Origin: Octopus bimaculoides
Taxonomy: Eukaryota
DNA length: 49,845 nucleotides
Assembly (NCBI RefSeq): GCF_001194135.2
Contig: NC_069000.1
Coordinates: 25,742,211-25,792,055, forward strand
Direction of reading: 5' to 3'
Of the stretch, positions 10,839 to 21,907 are shown one piece after another. The notes beneath the pieces were generated by a model, which was not told the DNA's origin, ran no database searches, and worked only from the letters and a program-made list of their open reading frames with translations. Within the stretch, counting starts at the first letter, position 1. Each line of letters begins with the position of its first letter. The translations under genes and the position numbers were made by a program.

Positions 10839-11017
10839 CAGAAGATATGAGAGATATGTATTTTGTTAAGTGTATTTGGGTTAGATATTAAGATAAAACC
10901 TATGCGATATTTCAGGAAGATGGGCGGGGGAGGTGTCAGAAATGTGGAGGTTAAATTATGTTTTCAGAATATTCGAACCATCAAATAAATTGTTTTTATA
11001 TTCACGAGTACGAGCAA

Positions 11018-11067
<50 letters not shown>

Positions 11068-11386
11068 CAGACTAACAAGGGTTATCCAAAGTTATTAATT
11101 GTTCTTAATGAAGGCATGTGCTGCTTAAAGTTATCTTTCGTACAAGGAATGAACTTGTGATCCATGCACTGTGCACTCACTATTTTATAATTTATTTGAG
11201 TACATATGTACACACACACACATACACACATGTATCTGTCCTCGATAATATGGAGGTAAGTATCCCTGCCTATCATTCCCCTCCGGGGAGCCGTTTATAG
11301 CGTTGGCGGTGCACCAGCATGGCCGCAGTGAAAAGACTGAAACAAGTTAAAGAATAAAAGAATATGTATGTATGTATGTATGTATC

Positions 11387-11423
<37 letters not shown>

Positions 11424-11599
11424 ACATATATATATATGCATGCATGCGTACGGGTTTAAATACACAAGTACGCAGGCCTATATAATAACGCATACGCACA
11501 CATATATATGTACATGTGTGCGTGCGTTTATCGATATACACTTCTTTCTTTCTCTCCGGTACCTCCACCCATACTATCACATTAGCCTGTAGAATAAGC

Positions 11600-12540
11600 A
11601 CAGGAGTCTATTTATAGAAACTTGACCATTCTTAGTATTCTTCCCTTCCAATTTGTGGTTTACTAATCCCTTTAGAAAACCGCCTCCTATACCTTTTTCT
11701 GTACCCATCCCTTAATGCTATTCTAGCATACCACCCTACCTCAAACACCTCACACATATTCATTACTTACATTCTTTCATGAAGATATTTTAGAGAAATA
11801 ACTGGGGATAAGATAAGAAGAGCATCATGGACCGTCAACAGCAGTGTTGGGCTAAAGACCTTTACTACTTACAATAACAACAACCATTCCCTACTCCTCT
11901 CCCATCTCACCTCATAATATCTTGACCACCAACTAACACTCCTGTTTTTCACTTCCTTACACTTTTTCATTTTGTTTTTTTGTTTTCATTTTCTCTTCTG
12001 CCCTCTCTGTCCACTTAATGCTACCACTACATTCTCAGATTTTCATCCACACCACGAGTCTCCTATGAATGAACAGCACATGGAATCTACGTCTCCACAC
12101 TTTCCATTTGTGATGACCAAATATGAACTCCTATTGGAATTTACATACCACGGACAGGAAGCATTTCTACCACTTCTATACATTTTTATTTTCATTTCTA
12201 CATTCATTCTCTTATTTCCCTATATACCCCTTATTTGCTTCTTTTTCCAAAATAACTCCTCACACTGAACTCTATTTAATCATCTCACATCGTCTCTGAT
12301 GAAGGGATATCCCTAATATCCCAGAAATAGCTGTAAGACTAACTTTCTATTTATAAGTGTCCTGAAACTTCCACACAGTCTTGGCTTTGTTGTCTCATTT
12401 TATTTAACATATACATGCTCATACAAGACCTGCATTAAACTCCTCCCTCGTATCATTATCGAACCCAGGGTTTAACTATGGTCCTTCCATAGCACTTAGC
12501 GTTACCTGCTACCTTGGGTCTTCTTGATACCAATACCTTT
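11600..12540 (+). mobile_element. Probable PLE terminal repeat / non-autonomous PLE derivative containing an HHR
   Basis: Pyrimidine-rich non-coding repeat carrying an HHR at 12292-12339. The sequence around the HHR (gaagggatat..gctgtaagac..ttctatttata) recurs at 39940-39995. Boundaries are approximate. Confidence 0.55.
12292..12339 (+). ncRNA. Minimal type I hammerhead ribozyme with intact core
   Basis: GTCT-CTGATGA-A-GGGATAT cccta ATATCCC-A-GAA-ATAGCTGT-A-AGAC. Stem I gtct/agac, 7-bp stem II, near-palindromic stem III, GUA cleavage triplet (cut after 12335). Confidence 0.8.
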
Positions 12541-12616
12541 CTCATATATTTATATACAGATTTGTATGTATATGTATATCTATATATATATATCTATATC
12601 TATATGTGTGTATTAT

Positions 12617-13696
12617 GGTACTATTCAAGAAGAGCGGTCCCGGTGCGCGCACTCGCGCATCCGCGCTGGCTAGTCGTGACTAGTCGATCTTACGACTACC
12701 TAGTGCGAGTGCGCGCATGCAAATTAATAGATGCGCGCATGCTCGCATAAAAATCACGCCCGCATGCGCAAAACATGTATGAGGGATTATTCGAAACAAA
12801 GTAAAGAAATTATACACTAACTGTTTTTGGTAAAGAGTTCATTAAAGAGTCTTCGTTTCTGGAAAATTCCAAATTACGACTACAGGACTTTATTCTTCTC
12901 ACGTATTTATTGTCCCATTACAAGTAATTATCTTTTGCGTAACCCCTATCAAATTGGTGGACTTGGGCACATCGTAGAATTAGATGAATCTATGATGTGC
13001 AAGCGCAAATACAACAGAAATAGAATGCCACTGGAAAGGTGGGTTATTGGAGGATGGGATAGGGAGGATAAAAACGGGTTTTTAGTCTTTGTACCTGACC
13101 GTTCTTCTGAAACTCTTCTACCACTAATTAAAAAATTTATCAAACCAGGGACGACTATATATTCTGATTGTTGGAGTGCGTACAATGGGATTACTGAAAT
13201 AGATGTGACACAAAAATACACCCATTTCAAGGTGAACCATTCCGAAAATTTTGTCGATCCTATAACAAATGTTCATACGAATTCGGTTGAATGTTATTGG
13301 AAGAACGTAAAACGACGTTTTAAGAGTAAGATGGAGGTACACACAGACATGGTTGAATCATATCTAGACGAATTTTTTTGGTGAGAACAATATGGAACGA
13401 CTGGAAATGAATGTTTTGAAAACATTCTGAAGCATCTTTCAGAATGGTTCACATTCAAGTAAGTCAAGTCAACTGCAACATTTTATTTTATTGTTTGGTG
13501 GAAGATTCAACAAAAACAATTTACTTTGTTTAAAAAAAAAAATCCTCATACATGTTTTGCACATGCGCGCGTGATTTTTATTTATTAATTTGCATACGCG
13601 CATTCGCGCTAGGTAGTCGTTGTAGGATGGACTAGTTACGACTAGCTAGCGTGGATGCGCGAGTGCGCTCACCGAGACCACTCTTCTTGAATAGTA

Positions 13697-13698
<2 letters not shown>
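12617..13698 (+). mobile_element. Merlin (IS1595/ISXO2-like) DNA transposon, internally deleted, ~160-170-bp TIRs
   Basis: Left TIR ggtactattcaagaagag...aaacatgtatgagg (12617-12787). Right TIR cctcatacatgttttg...ctcttcttgaatagtacc (13541-13698). The transposase relic lies between them. The element sits in a (TA)-rich tract and no clean TSD is visible. Confidence 0.9.
12827..13462 (+). pseudogene. Merlin/ISXO2-type DDE transposase (N-terminally deleted, premature stop)
   Basis: IGGLGHIVELDES, KRKYNR, WVIGG, VPDRSSETLLPLI, GTTIYSDCWSAY, VNHSENFVDP, HTNSVECYW and YLDEFFW. TGA at 13382 lies where Arg is expected; the frame continues EQYG...FK* to ~13462. Confidence 0.9.
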
Positions 13699-13730
<32 letters not shown>

Positions 13731-14096
13731 NNNNNNNNNNNNNNNNNNNNNNNNNNNNNNNNNNNNNNNNNNNNNNNNNNNNNNNNNNNNNNNNNNNNNN
13801 NNNNNNNNNNNNNNNNNNNNNNNNNNNNNNNNNNNNNNNNNNNNNNNNNNNNNNNNNNNNNNNNNNNNNNNNNNNNNNNNNNNNNNNNNNNNNNNNNNNN
13901 NNNNNNNNNNNNNNNNNNNNNNNNNNNNNNNNNNNNNNNNNNNNNNNNNNNNNNNNNNNNNNNNNNNNNNNNNNNNNNNNNNNNNNNNNNNNNNNNNNNN
14001 NNNNNNNNNNNNNNNNNNNNNNNNNNNNNNNNNNNNNNNNNNNNNNNNNNNNNNNNNNNNNNNNNNNNNNNNNNNNNNNNNNNNNNNNNNNNNNNA

Positions 14097-14257
14097 TTTT
14101 ACCTGTCTTTATGTTCTGAGTTCAAATGCCACCGGGGTCGATTGTGCCTTTCATCCTTTTGGGGTCGATAAATTAAATACCAGTGAAACACTGGGGTCGA
14201 TGTAATTGACTGATCCCCTCCCCCAAAATTTCAGGCCTTGTGCCTATAGTAGAAAAA
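14097..14257 (+). mobile_element. tRNA-derived SINE, family A (partial)
   Basis: gttctgagttcaaat..ggtcga..gcctttcatcc..ggggtcgataaa..ctggggtcgatgtaat..aaatttcaggccttgtgcc; the same family occurs at 25105-25420, 27620-27817, 29680-29893 and 48878-49083. Confidence 0.8.
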
Positions 14258-15299
14258 AATATCCCTTCTTTTCTCAGCTACATCAGTGGCAACATCTATC
14301 TTATCTTCTCTTTACTCGGCAGTTTCCAGCGATTTAATATTCCTCTCTTGTCTTCTCTTTACTTGGCAGCTGCCACTGTGGTAACTTCTCTCACCATCTC
14401 TCTTCCACATTTTCTATGTCCTTATCAATCAACGAACTACCAATGTCAACTAGCATGTCATCAGTGGAAAATCTCTCATGAGCATTATTACTATCTCTCG
14501 CCTTTCACATTTCTAAGTAGTAAGTCTATAAGAACGACAACCAGAACTTCTCTAAGAGACTGATACTTGAAATTTACTTCCAACTCGAAGTTGTGAATAA
14601 AATTAATAACAGTTGAATTAAGGTTAATTTAAGTAGGAACTATTTCTTCTGTCAATTTATTTTGAAGAATTCTGAAACCAATTATGCAACTCGCAGCTTT
14701 TCTTCAAATAAAGTCTTCTAAATTTGCCATGCGCAACGTCTACGAAACCTCATACCTATCACTAATGTCATCATTACCCTTAGTGACCAAATCAGCTTAT
14801 ATGTTCAGCATTAAATCTGTATCAATCAAACTATTGGATGTTGTTATATTCCGACGGTTACTCTGCGCTTCCATTTCTTTCTTTATTGCGCCACTCTTTT
14901 ACTTCCACTGTCATGTTGGCCTCCTGAGTGACTTTTCCGTTCTCCTTCGGTTTGGGGAACAGTCAAAAGTTACAAATAGCAATGCCTGCTCTGTTTTGAT
15001 ACCCATCTCTGTCTAGTAGTCGTTTACCAGAGTGAAACTGTGGACTGGTGCATTGTCCTGGTGCAGGTGTCACCGAACCGTACGGAAGAGCTCTGGCTGT
15101 TGACCGTCTGACCAGAGAGAACCCAGTGGATGTAGATGATACCCTTGCTGTCGAAAAATGGGATCTACATGAGCTTGCCGATGGACTTGCTTTACCTGGC
15201 CTTTTTGTGTCTAGGGAAGTCCAGGTGCCTCCATTGGATACTCTATTTCTTGGTCTCTGGATCTTAACAGTAGATCCAGCTTAACTCAAAAGTCATCAG

Positions 15300-15742
15300 A
15301 GGCTCAACTATTCTCGGATTGGAGGTAATAAGCTGAACCATCGCCCTACTGTCACTAACACGTCTTTTCTTCTATTCGTCACTGAGCACCCTTGGAACAA
15401 ACTTTGCACAAATATTGGTCAAGTTCAGATCTTCACGAAAATTTGTGTAGAGTTGCTATATCAACTCCAAACGGTAATCTTATTCTCCATAGATACACAA
15501 CGGTCTTCATCCTGTACGTTGAAAATTTTCTCCCTCTCCTTTCTACACTGCTCATCGTCTCTTAATTCCTTTCTACCGTTATTGAACCTTTTGTGTCAGC
15601 GAAAAACAGATACTCGACTCGTATAACTTAATCCATAAGCAGCTCGCAGCATTTCATAAGTTTCTGCAGTGTTTTTATCATGTTTAGAACACAACATTAT
15701 TGCATAACTAGCTTCTAAATTGTCTAGACGCTCCAAATGCAT
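15300..15742 (-). pseudogene. mariner transposase N-terminal relic
   Basis: Minus strand ETYEMLRAAYG..SRVSVFR*HKRFNNGR (HTH) and CAKFVPRVLSDE (mariner 'VPR' linker), with stops and frameshifts. Confidence 0.75.
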
Positions 15743-16045
15743 TCTGCAAACAAGTCAGGTATTGTTGTGTTCGAAGTGCTATTACAGCCGTCTCCTTCAA
15801 TCTGGAATGACAAAAGTTGACAGATCAGCTTATTAGTTGTAAAGTAATGACATACTAAAATTGCAATAAACTAGACCAGTTATAACTGCTTCTCCTAAAC
15901 AGTCTCAAAGTCCTGGAGTGCACTTAGTGTGTGTCCGTGTGTGTGAGTGTGTGTGTACATATAGAAAGAAGTGTTTTCCACGTAAGTTCACTTTCAAACC
16001 CACAAATTCTCCTCCCCCCTCTCTCTCTATATATATATACACGCA

Positions 16046-16096
<51 letters not shown>

Positions 16097-17082
16097 NNNN
16101 NNNNNNNNNNNNNNNNNNNNNNNNNNNNNNNNNNNNNNNNNNNNNNNNNNNNNNNNNNNNNNNNNNNNNNNNNNNNNNNNNNNNNNNNNNNNNNNNNNNN
16201 NNNNNNNNNNNNNNNNNNNNNNNNNNNNNNNNNNNNNNNNNNNNNNNNNNNNNNNNNNNNNNNNNNNNNNNNNNNNNNNNNNNNNNNNNNNNNNNNNNNN
16301 NNNNNNNNNNNNNNNNNNNNNNNNNNNNNNNNNNNNNNNNNNNNNNNNNNNNNNNNNNNNNNNNNNNNNNNNNNNNNNNNNNNNNNNNNNNNNNNNNNNN
16401 NNNNNNNNNNNNNNNNNNNNNNNNNNNNNNNNNNNNNNNNNNNNNNNNNNNNNNNNNNNNNNNNNNNNNNNNNNNNNNNNNNNNNNNNNNNNNNNNNNNN
16501 NNNNNNNNNNNNNNNNNNNNNNNNNNNNNNNNNNNNNNNNNNNNNNNNNNNNNNNNNNNNNNNNNNNNNNNNNNNNNNNNNNNNNNNNNNNNNNNNNNNN
16601 NNNNNNNNNNNNNNNNNNNNNNNNNNNNNNNNNNNNNNNNNNNNNNNNNNNNNNNNNNNNNNNNNNNNNNNNNNNNNNNNNNNNNNNNNNNNNNNNNNNN
16701 NNNNNNNNNNNNNNNNNNNNNNNNNNNNNNNNNNNNNNNNNNNNNNNNNNNNNNNNNNNNNNNNNNNNNNNNNNNNNNNNNNNNNNNNNNNNNNNNNNNN
16801 NNNNNNNNNNNNNNNNNNNNNNNNNNNNNNNNNNNNNNNNNNNNNNNNNNNNNNNNNNNNNNNNNNNNNNNNNNNNNNNNNNNNNNNNNNNNNNNNNNNN
16901 NNNNNNNNNNNNNNNNNNNNNNNNNNNNNNNNNNNNNNNNNNNNNNNNNNNNNNNNNNNNNNNNNNNNNNNNNNNNNNNNNNNNNNNNNNNNNNNNNNNN
17001 NNNNNNNNNNNNNNNNNNNNNNNNNNNNNNNNNNNNNNNNNNNNNNNNNNNNNNNNNNNNNNNNNNNNNNNNNNNNNNNNNN

Positions 17083-17133
<51 letters not shown>

Positions 17134-18053
17134 CGAGGGGCTACCCAAAAGTAATCGGAAATGTTCTTGTTGGGACAAACCCTTTGTAGGTCAGGCTTCT
17201 ACCGCTAGAAGCTACTTGATGCAACCCTCAGGCACCAGTGTGCCGACCGGCGGTCTCGTGTGACGTTGTACTGCCACGTGGTGCGTCTTTGTTTTGCAGT
17301 GCTTCCCGCTGTTCGTTGATTTTTGTGATGGCTGAAACGAAGGAACAGCGTACTTCCATGCTATTCTGTTTTCTGCTGGGGAGAACGGTGGCAGAAACAG
17401 TTGCAATACTCTACACAACATACAAGGACGCTGCCGTGAGCAAACCAAAGTTTACGAGGGGTTTCCAAGTTTTAAGAATTGTCACTTGTTGCTTGAAGAA
17501 CAACCTCGTTGACGACGACCGTCGACCTCCCGAACGAATAAAGACATCATGAAAATTCATGAACTGAACTTGGAGGACAGTCACCGAACAATTGACCAAC
17601 TTGTTGATATGACTGGTGCGTTCTGGAGCTCCTGCTAACGAATTTTGAGCGAGCAATTGCGAGTGAAAAGGGTTGCAGCAAAATTTGTGCCTCGCTTGCT
17701 CACGGAAGATCAAAATCAGTCACAACAGAATACGTGTCTTGAACTGAAAGAACGGTTGGAATTTGATCCGGACCTGTTTTCAAAAGTTATCACCGGTGAT
17801 GAAAGCTGGTGCTATGGAATTTGCTGATGTGGAAGAAGTGAAGAAAAAAGCGAGGGAGGCGTTAAAAGGCATCACTTCGCAACAGCTCCAACACTGTGAG
17901 AAATGAATCTGGAGAATAGTGGGAAATGCGTCTGGACGGATGCATTACTTCAAATGGGGAATACTTTGATGGTGATAAAAGTGTAAACATGTAAAAGTAA
18001 ATGAATAAAATAACACTGTAAAATTCCAGGGTTTTTTTTGGGTAGCCCCCTCG
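17134..18053 (+). mobile_element. mariner-family DNA transposon, internally deleted
   Basis: TA|cgaggggctacccaaaa at the left end and ttttgggtagcccccctcg-type inverted end at the right. ORF relics EQRTSMLFCFLLGRTVAET, AAKFVPRLLTEDQ and VITGDESWCYG are joined directly to FADVEEVKK, so the catalytic core is deleted. Confidence 0.9.
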
Positions 18054-18289
18054 TCTGTCTGTCTGTCTGTCTGTCTGTATGTCATTATTCAGTTTATTTG
18101 AAAATTTCTTGCCAATAGCGAAAGAACCGTTTTCTAACCTAGATCCAAGGTTCCTTCATTGAAATTTCAACATCAACAACAGGTTATGTATGTATGTATG
18201 TATGTATGTACAGATTTGTATGTTTTATGTATGTATTCTGATGCATATAGTTGCATATCTAGACATGCTCATATATATTTAGATGATTT

Positions 18290-19560
18290 ACAGTCCCAAC
18301 TATGGATTGGATGTAGTCTTCGAATTAGCTTTATCCTTTCTGGTTTTGAGAAGCCTAATTTCACAAGATTGGTATTTAAGCAGTATGTTATATCTCCCAG
18401 GACCCCAATAATCACAAGTATAAACCTGAACTTGTAATCTTTGGGCATGTATTCTAGATTATCAGACAAAGAGTGCTGCTCAAGGAGTTGCCTTCCAAGT
18501 CTTATGATGTTATCAGCCTCATGTATGCAAACTAGGTCAAGGGATGCACTTCAACACTTGGTGGTTAAAAGATGTTGTCGAAGGGATATGATGCGATATT
18601 CAAAGGCATTTTGGATCGATGTTAAGCCTCTGCCGCCTTCTTTTCGTTTTAGGCAGAGGCGGTCTGCGTCACTGTTTATATGGAAATTATGTGTGCTTGT
18701 TAATATTTTTCGGGTTTTCACATCAATGGCTCGGATCTCATCAAGCGTTCAATCAAGCAGCTCACATTGTGGGCCACTGTTTTACTGAATGCAGAGAGTT
18801 CTGAGGTACAAATTTTCTTTATTCGGCTGTAATATTCTTTAGTGACTCGTGTTTTGTTACAGTTATCACTGTAAGATATATTTTCATCAACCCCTAGGTA
18901 CCTGTAATATTCCTCGTTAGATACAGGGGAAACAGTCAAATCATTCTCGAAGATGTTACTAGTCTGGTTTATAGTTTGCCCCCTTTTCACAATCATATAA
19001 CATTTATCCTGACCAAACTCCAACCATACATCATTTGGGAATGCTGTAACTAGGTCAAGGCTCTTTTTCATCTCATGCATATTCTTTGCATAAAGTTTTT
19101 AAGTCATCCACAAAGAAACTGTGTAATTCTGGTATTTCTGTTTCCTTGTGAACCAGTGAGATATCCTTCAGACTTCCTTATCGTGAATGACAAGGGCTTT
19201 ACAGAAAGTATAAACAACATCACAGAGAGTCTGTCTGCTTGGAATATGCCTTTGCGATACTGTATTCTATCGGTGATAATACAGTCACTCTTTGTGTCTA
19301 ATTTCAAGATGGTGGTCCAAGATGGTAGTCCAAGATGGCTTTGACTATTCTCACTGGAACTGTTGTAATTTGATGGGCTTCTATCATCCATGAGTGGGGA
19401 ACAGAGCCAAAAACTTTCTTCTAGTCTAGCCACACTGAAACTAGATTCCTCTTATGTTCTCGCACCTCTGATATCAAAATTTTGTTGATTAACAATTAGT
19501 CGGCACATCCTCAGACTCCCTTTTTCCCAGCTGCTTGTTCTGCTGTGATAATGTTATTAG
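18290..19560 (-). mobile_element. R4/Dong-type RLE non-LTR retrotransposon fragment, decayed
   Basis: EQAAGKKGV, GIFQADRLSVMLFILSVKPLS, FFVDDLK, LEFGQDKC, YRYLGVDE and C-terminal FILVIIGVLG..LVKLGF. Confidence 0.85.
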
Positions 19561-20019
19561 TTTCACAATGGTCCTGTAGGAAAAGGTTTAAACATGTATG
19601 TATGTATGTATGTATGTATGTATGTATGTATGTATGTATATCTAACGATAGATAAATTTTTATTGTCCCTACGCTATTTGGAATGTACATGAATGCATGT
19701 GTGCGCACGCGAGTGTTATTTGCACATGCACGTGTTTGCGTTTGTCGCCATCGCTCTACTTAAAGAGTGAGTGCTGCTGTAGATTTGATGAACTAAACCC
19801 TCCGAGGCGTTGAACTGGCATGGCCACAGTCCAAGGACTTAAACAAGTAGAATAAAAGAATGTGTGTGTGTGTGTGTGCGTGCGCGCGCGTGTGTATGTA
19901 TATGTTTGTCTGAGGGCTTGAGTGTGCTTGTGTATGTGTGTGTGTATGTATACATATATATATATGTGCGTGCGTGCGTGTGTGTGTGTGTATGTATACA
20001 TATATATATATGTGCGTGC

Positions 20020-20050
<31 letters not shown>

Positions 20051-20395
20051 GCACCCATAATTGTGTGTGTATGTATATTCATAAGTTTTATATGTTATAA
20101 AGTACATAGCTCAGCGTAGCTCCTGTTACAGGTTTATAAGCTTCTGAAATTACAACCAAAAGAATGCTTCATTATCTCTTTGAATTCTTTGTGTTCCCTA
20201 CATTTTTCTAAAGGAAAATGGTTATGTACAATATGTCACAGATAACACATTGGTGCTTAGGGTGGAGGTGGTGGTGGAAAGTTTGAAACTAGAGATAGGG
20301 TTTTGGATAACGTTTTACTGTGTCCTAAATATTGTATGAAATGCAATCTACGTGAACATAATTTATTACCTTTCGTACATTTTATATCTACATAC

Positions 20396-20815
20396 ATAGG
20401 CGTAGGAGTGGCTGTGTGTTAAGTAGCTTGCTTACCAACCACATGGTTCTGGGTTCAGTCCCACTGTGTGGCACCTTGGGCAAGTGTCTTCTACTATAGC
20501 CTCGGGCCGACCAAAGCCTTGTGGGTGGATTTGGTAGACGGAAACTGAAGGAAGCCTGTCGTATATATGTGTATATATGTATGTATGTGTGTGTATATGT
20601 TTGCGTGTCTGTGTTTGTCCTCCCAACATTGCTTGAAAACCGATGCTGGTGTGTTTACGTCCCCATAACTTAGCGGCTCGGCAAAAGAGACCGATAGAAT
20701 AAGTACTAGGCTTCCAAAGAATAAGTCCTGGGGTCGATTTCCTCGACTAAAGGTGGTGTTCCAGCATGGCCACAGTCAAATGACTGAAACAAGTAAAAGA
20801 GTAAAAGAGTAAGAG
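20396..20815 (+). mobile_element. tRNA-derived SINE, family B, full length
   Basis: Head with A/B boxes (tggctgtgtgttaag...gggttcagtcccac), central CA/TA microsatellite, tail ccagcatggccacagtc..actgaaacaagtaaaagag. Confidence 0.85.
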
Positions 20816-21364
20816 TATACATATTGAACATACAGTATATCTATGTAGGTCGCTTATAATACTATATCTCCCATGTACATCATATGCAACATATACAACA
20901 TATACGTTTACACAAAATATTCCATATCAACACACATCATGGCTTATAACTTGGCCTGTCTATAAATCTTAGATGTTTCGATATATCTGTTCAAGTGAAT
21001 AAATGAATTCTTCAGATGAAACAATTACGTCAGTCATTGAGACTTGATTTTTTCAAAGCATCATTTTACAGTTTCAGATCTCAGACACACTGAACTACCG
21101 TTCACCTGCTTTCGGTCAAACGTTCAAACAAGAATACAAACCTTTATTTAAGCTCGAGGTAGCACAAGATATTTTGCCCCGAGTTATTATGCAAACAAAC
21201 ACGTATATTATTTAAATGTACACCCACCAAACTCGAGTCTGCAAAAACATACATATTTAGCTATATATATCATATGTATATATATTTATGTGTATTTAGA
21301 TTATAAGTAAATGTACATTTATGAATATGTATGTATATTTAAGTATATACATATACATACATAC

Positions 21365-21424
<60 letters not shown>

Positions 21425-21806
21425 GTATGTGTATACACATACACACGCGCGCGCGCTTGGATACACACACATATGCATACATACAGAATTTATATGCGTG
21501 GCTTATACATGTGTATATACAAACATATACATACATATACACATGTAAGTGTGTGCGTGTGTGATAGTGCGTGGCTATTTGTATATCGATGTGCGTGTGT
21601 CTGTTATGCATGTTTTGTTTTTTTAATTTTTAAATGAAAACAAATAGTTCTGCTGCTTTATCTCGCTTCAGGCGTCCATTAGTCTCTGACACCACAAATG
21701 AATTTTTGTTTTCATATACGACTTAACGCGGATTCTCTCTATTTCTCTTCAGAGATACATAAGTGAACTTACGTATATATGCACGTAAAATCCCATACTC
21801 AATCAC

Positions 21807-21907
<101 letters not shown>

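Noticed and set aside
12827-13384. Bacterial contamination suggested by the IS1595-like transposase
   Set aside because: The element is embedded between eukaryotic microsatellites and SINEs and matches the eukaryotic Merlin superfamily.
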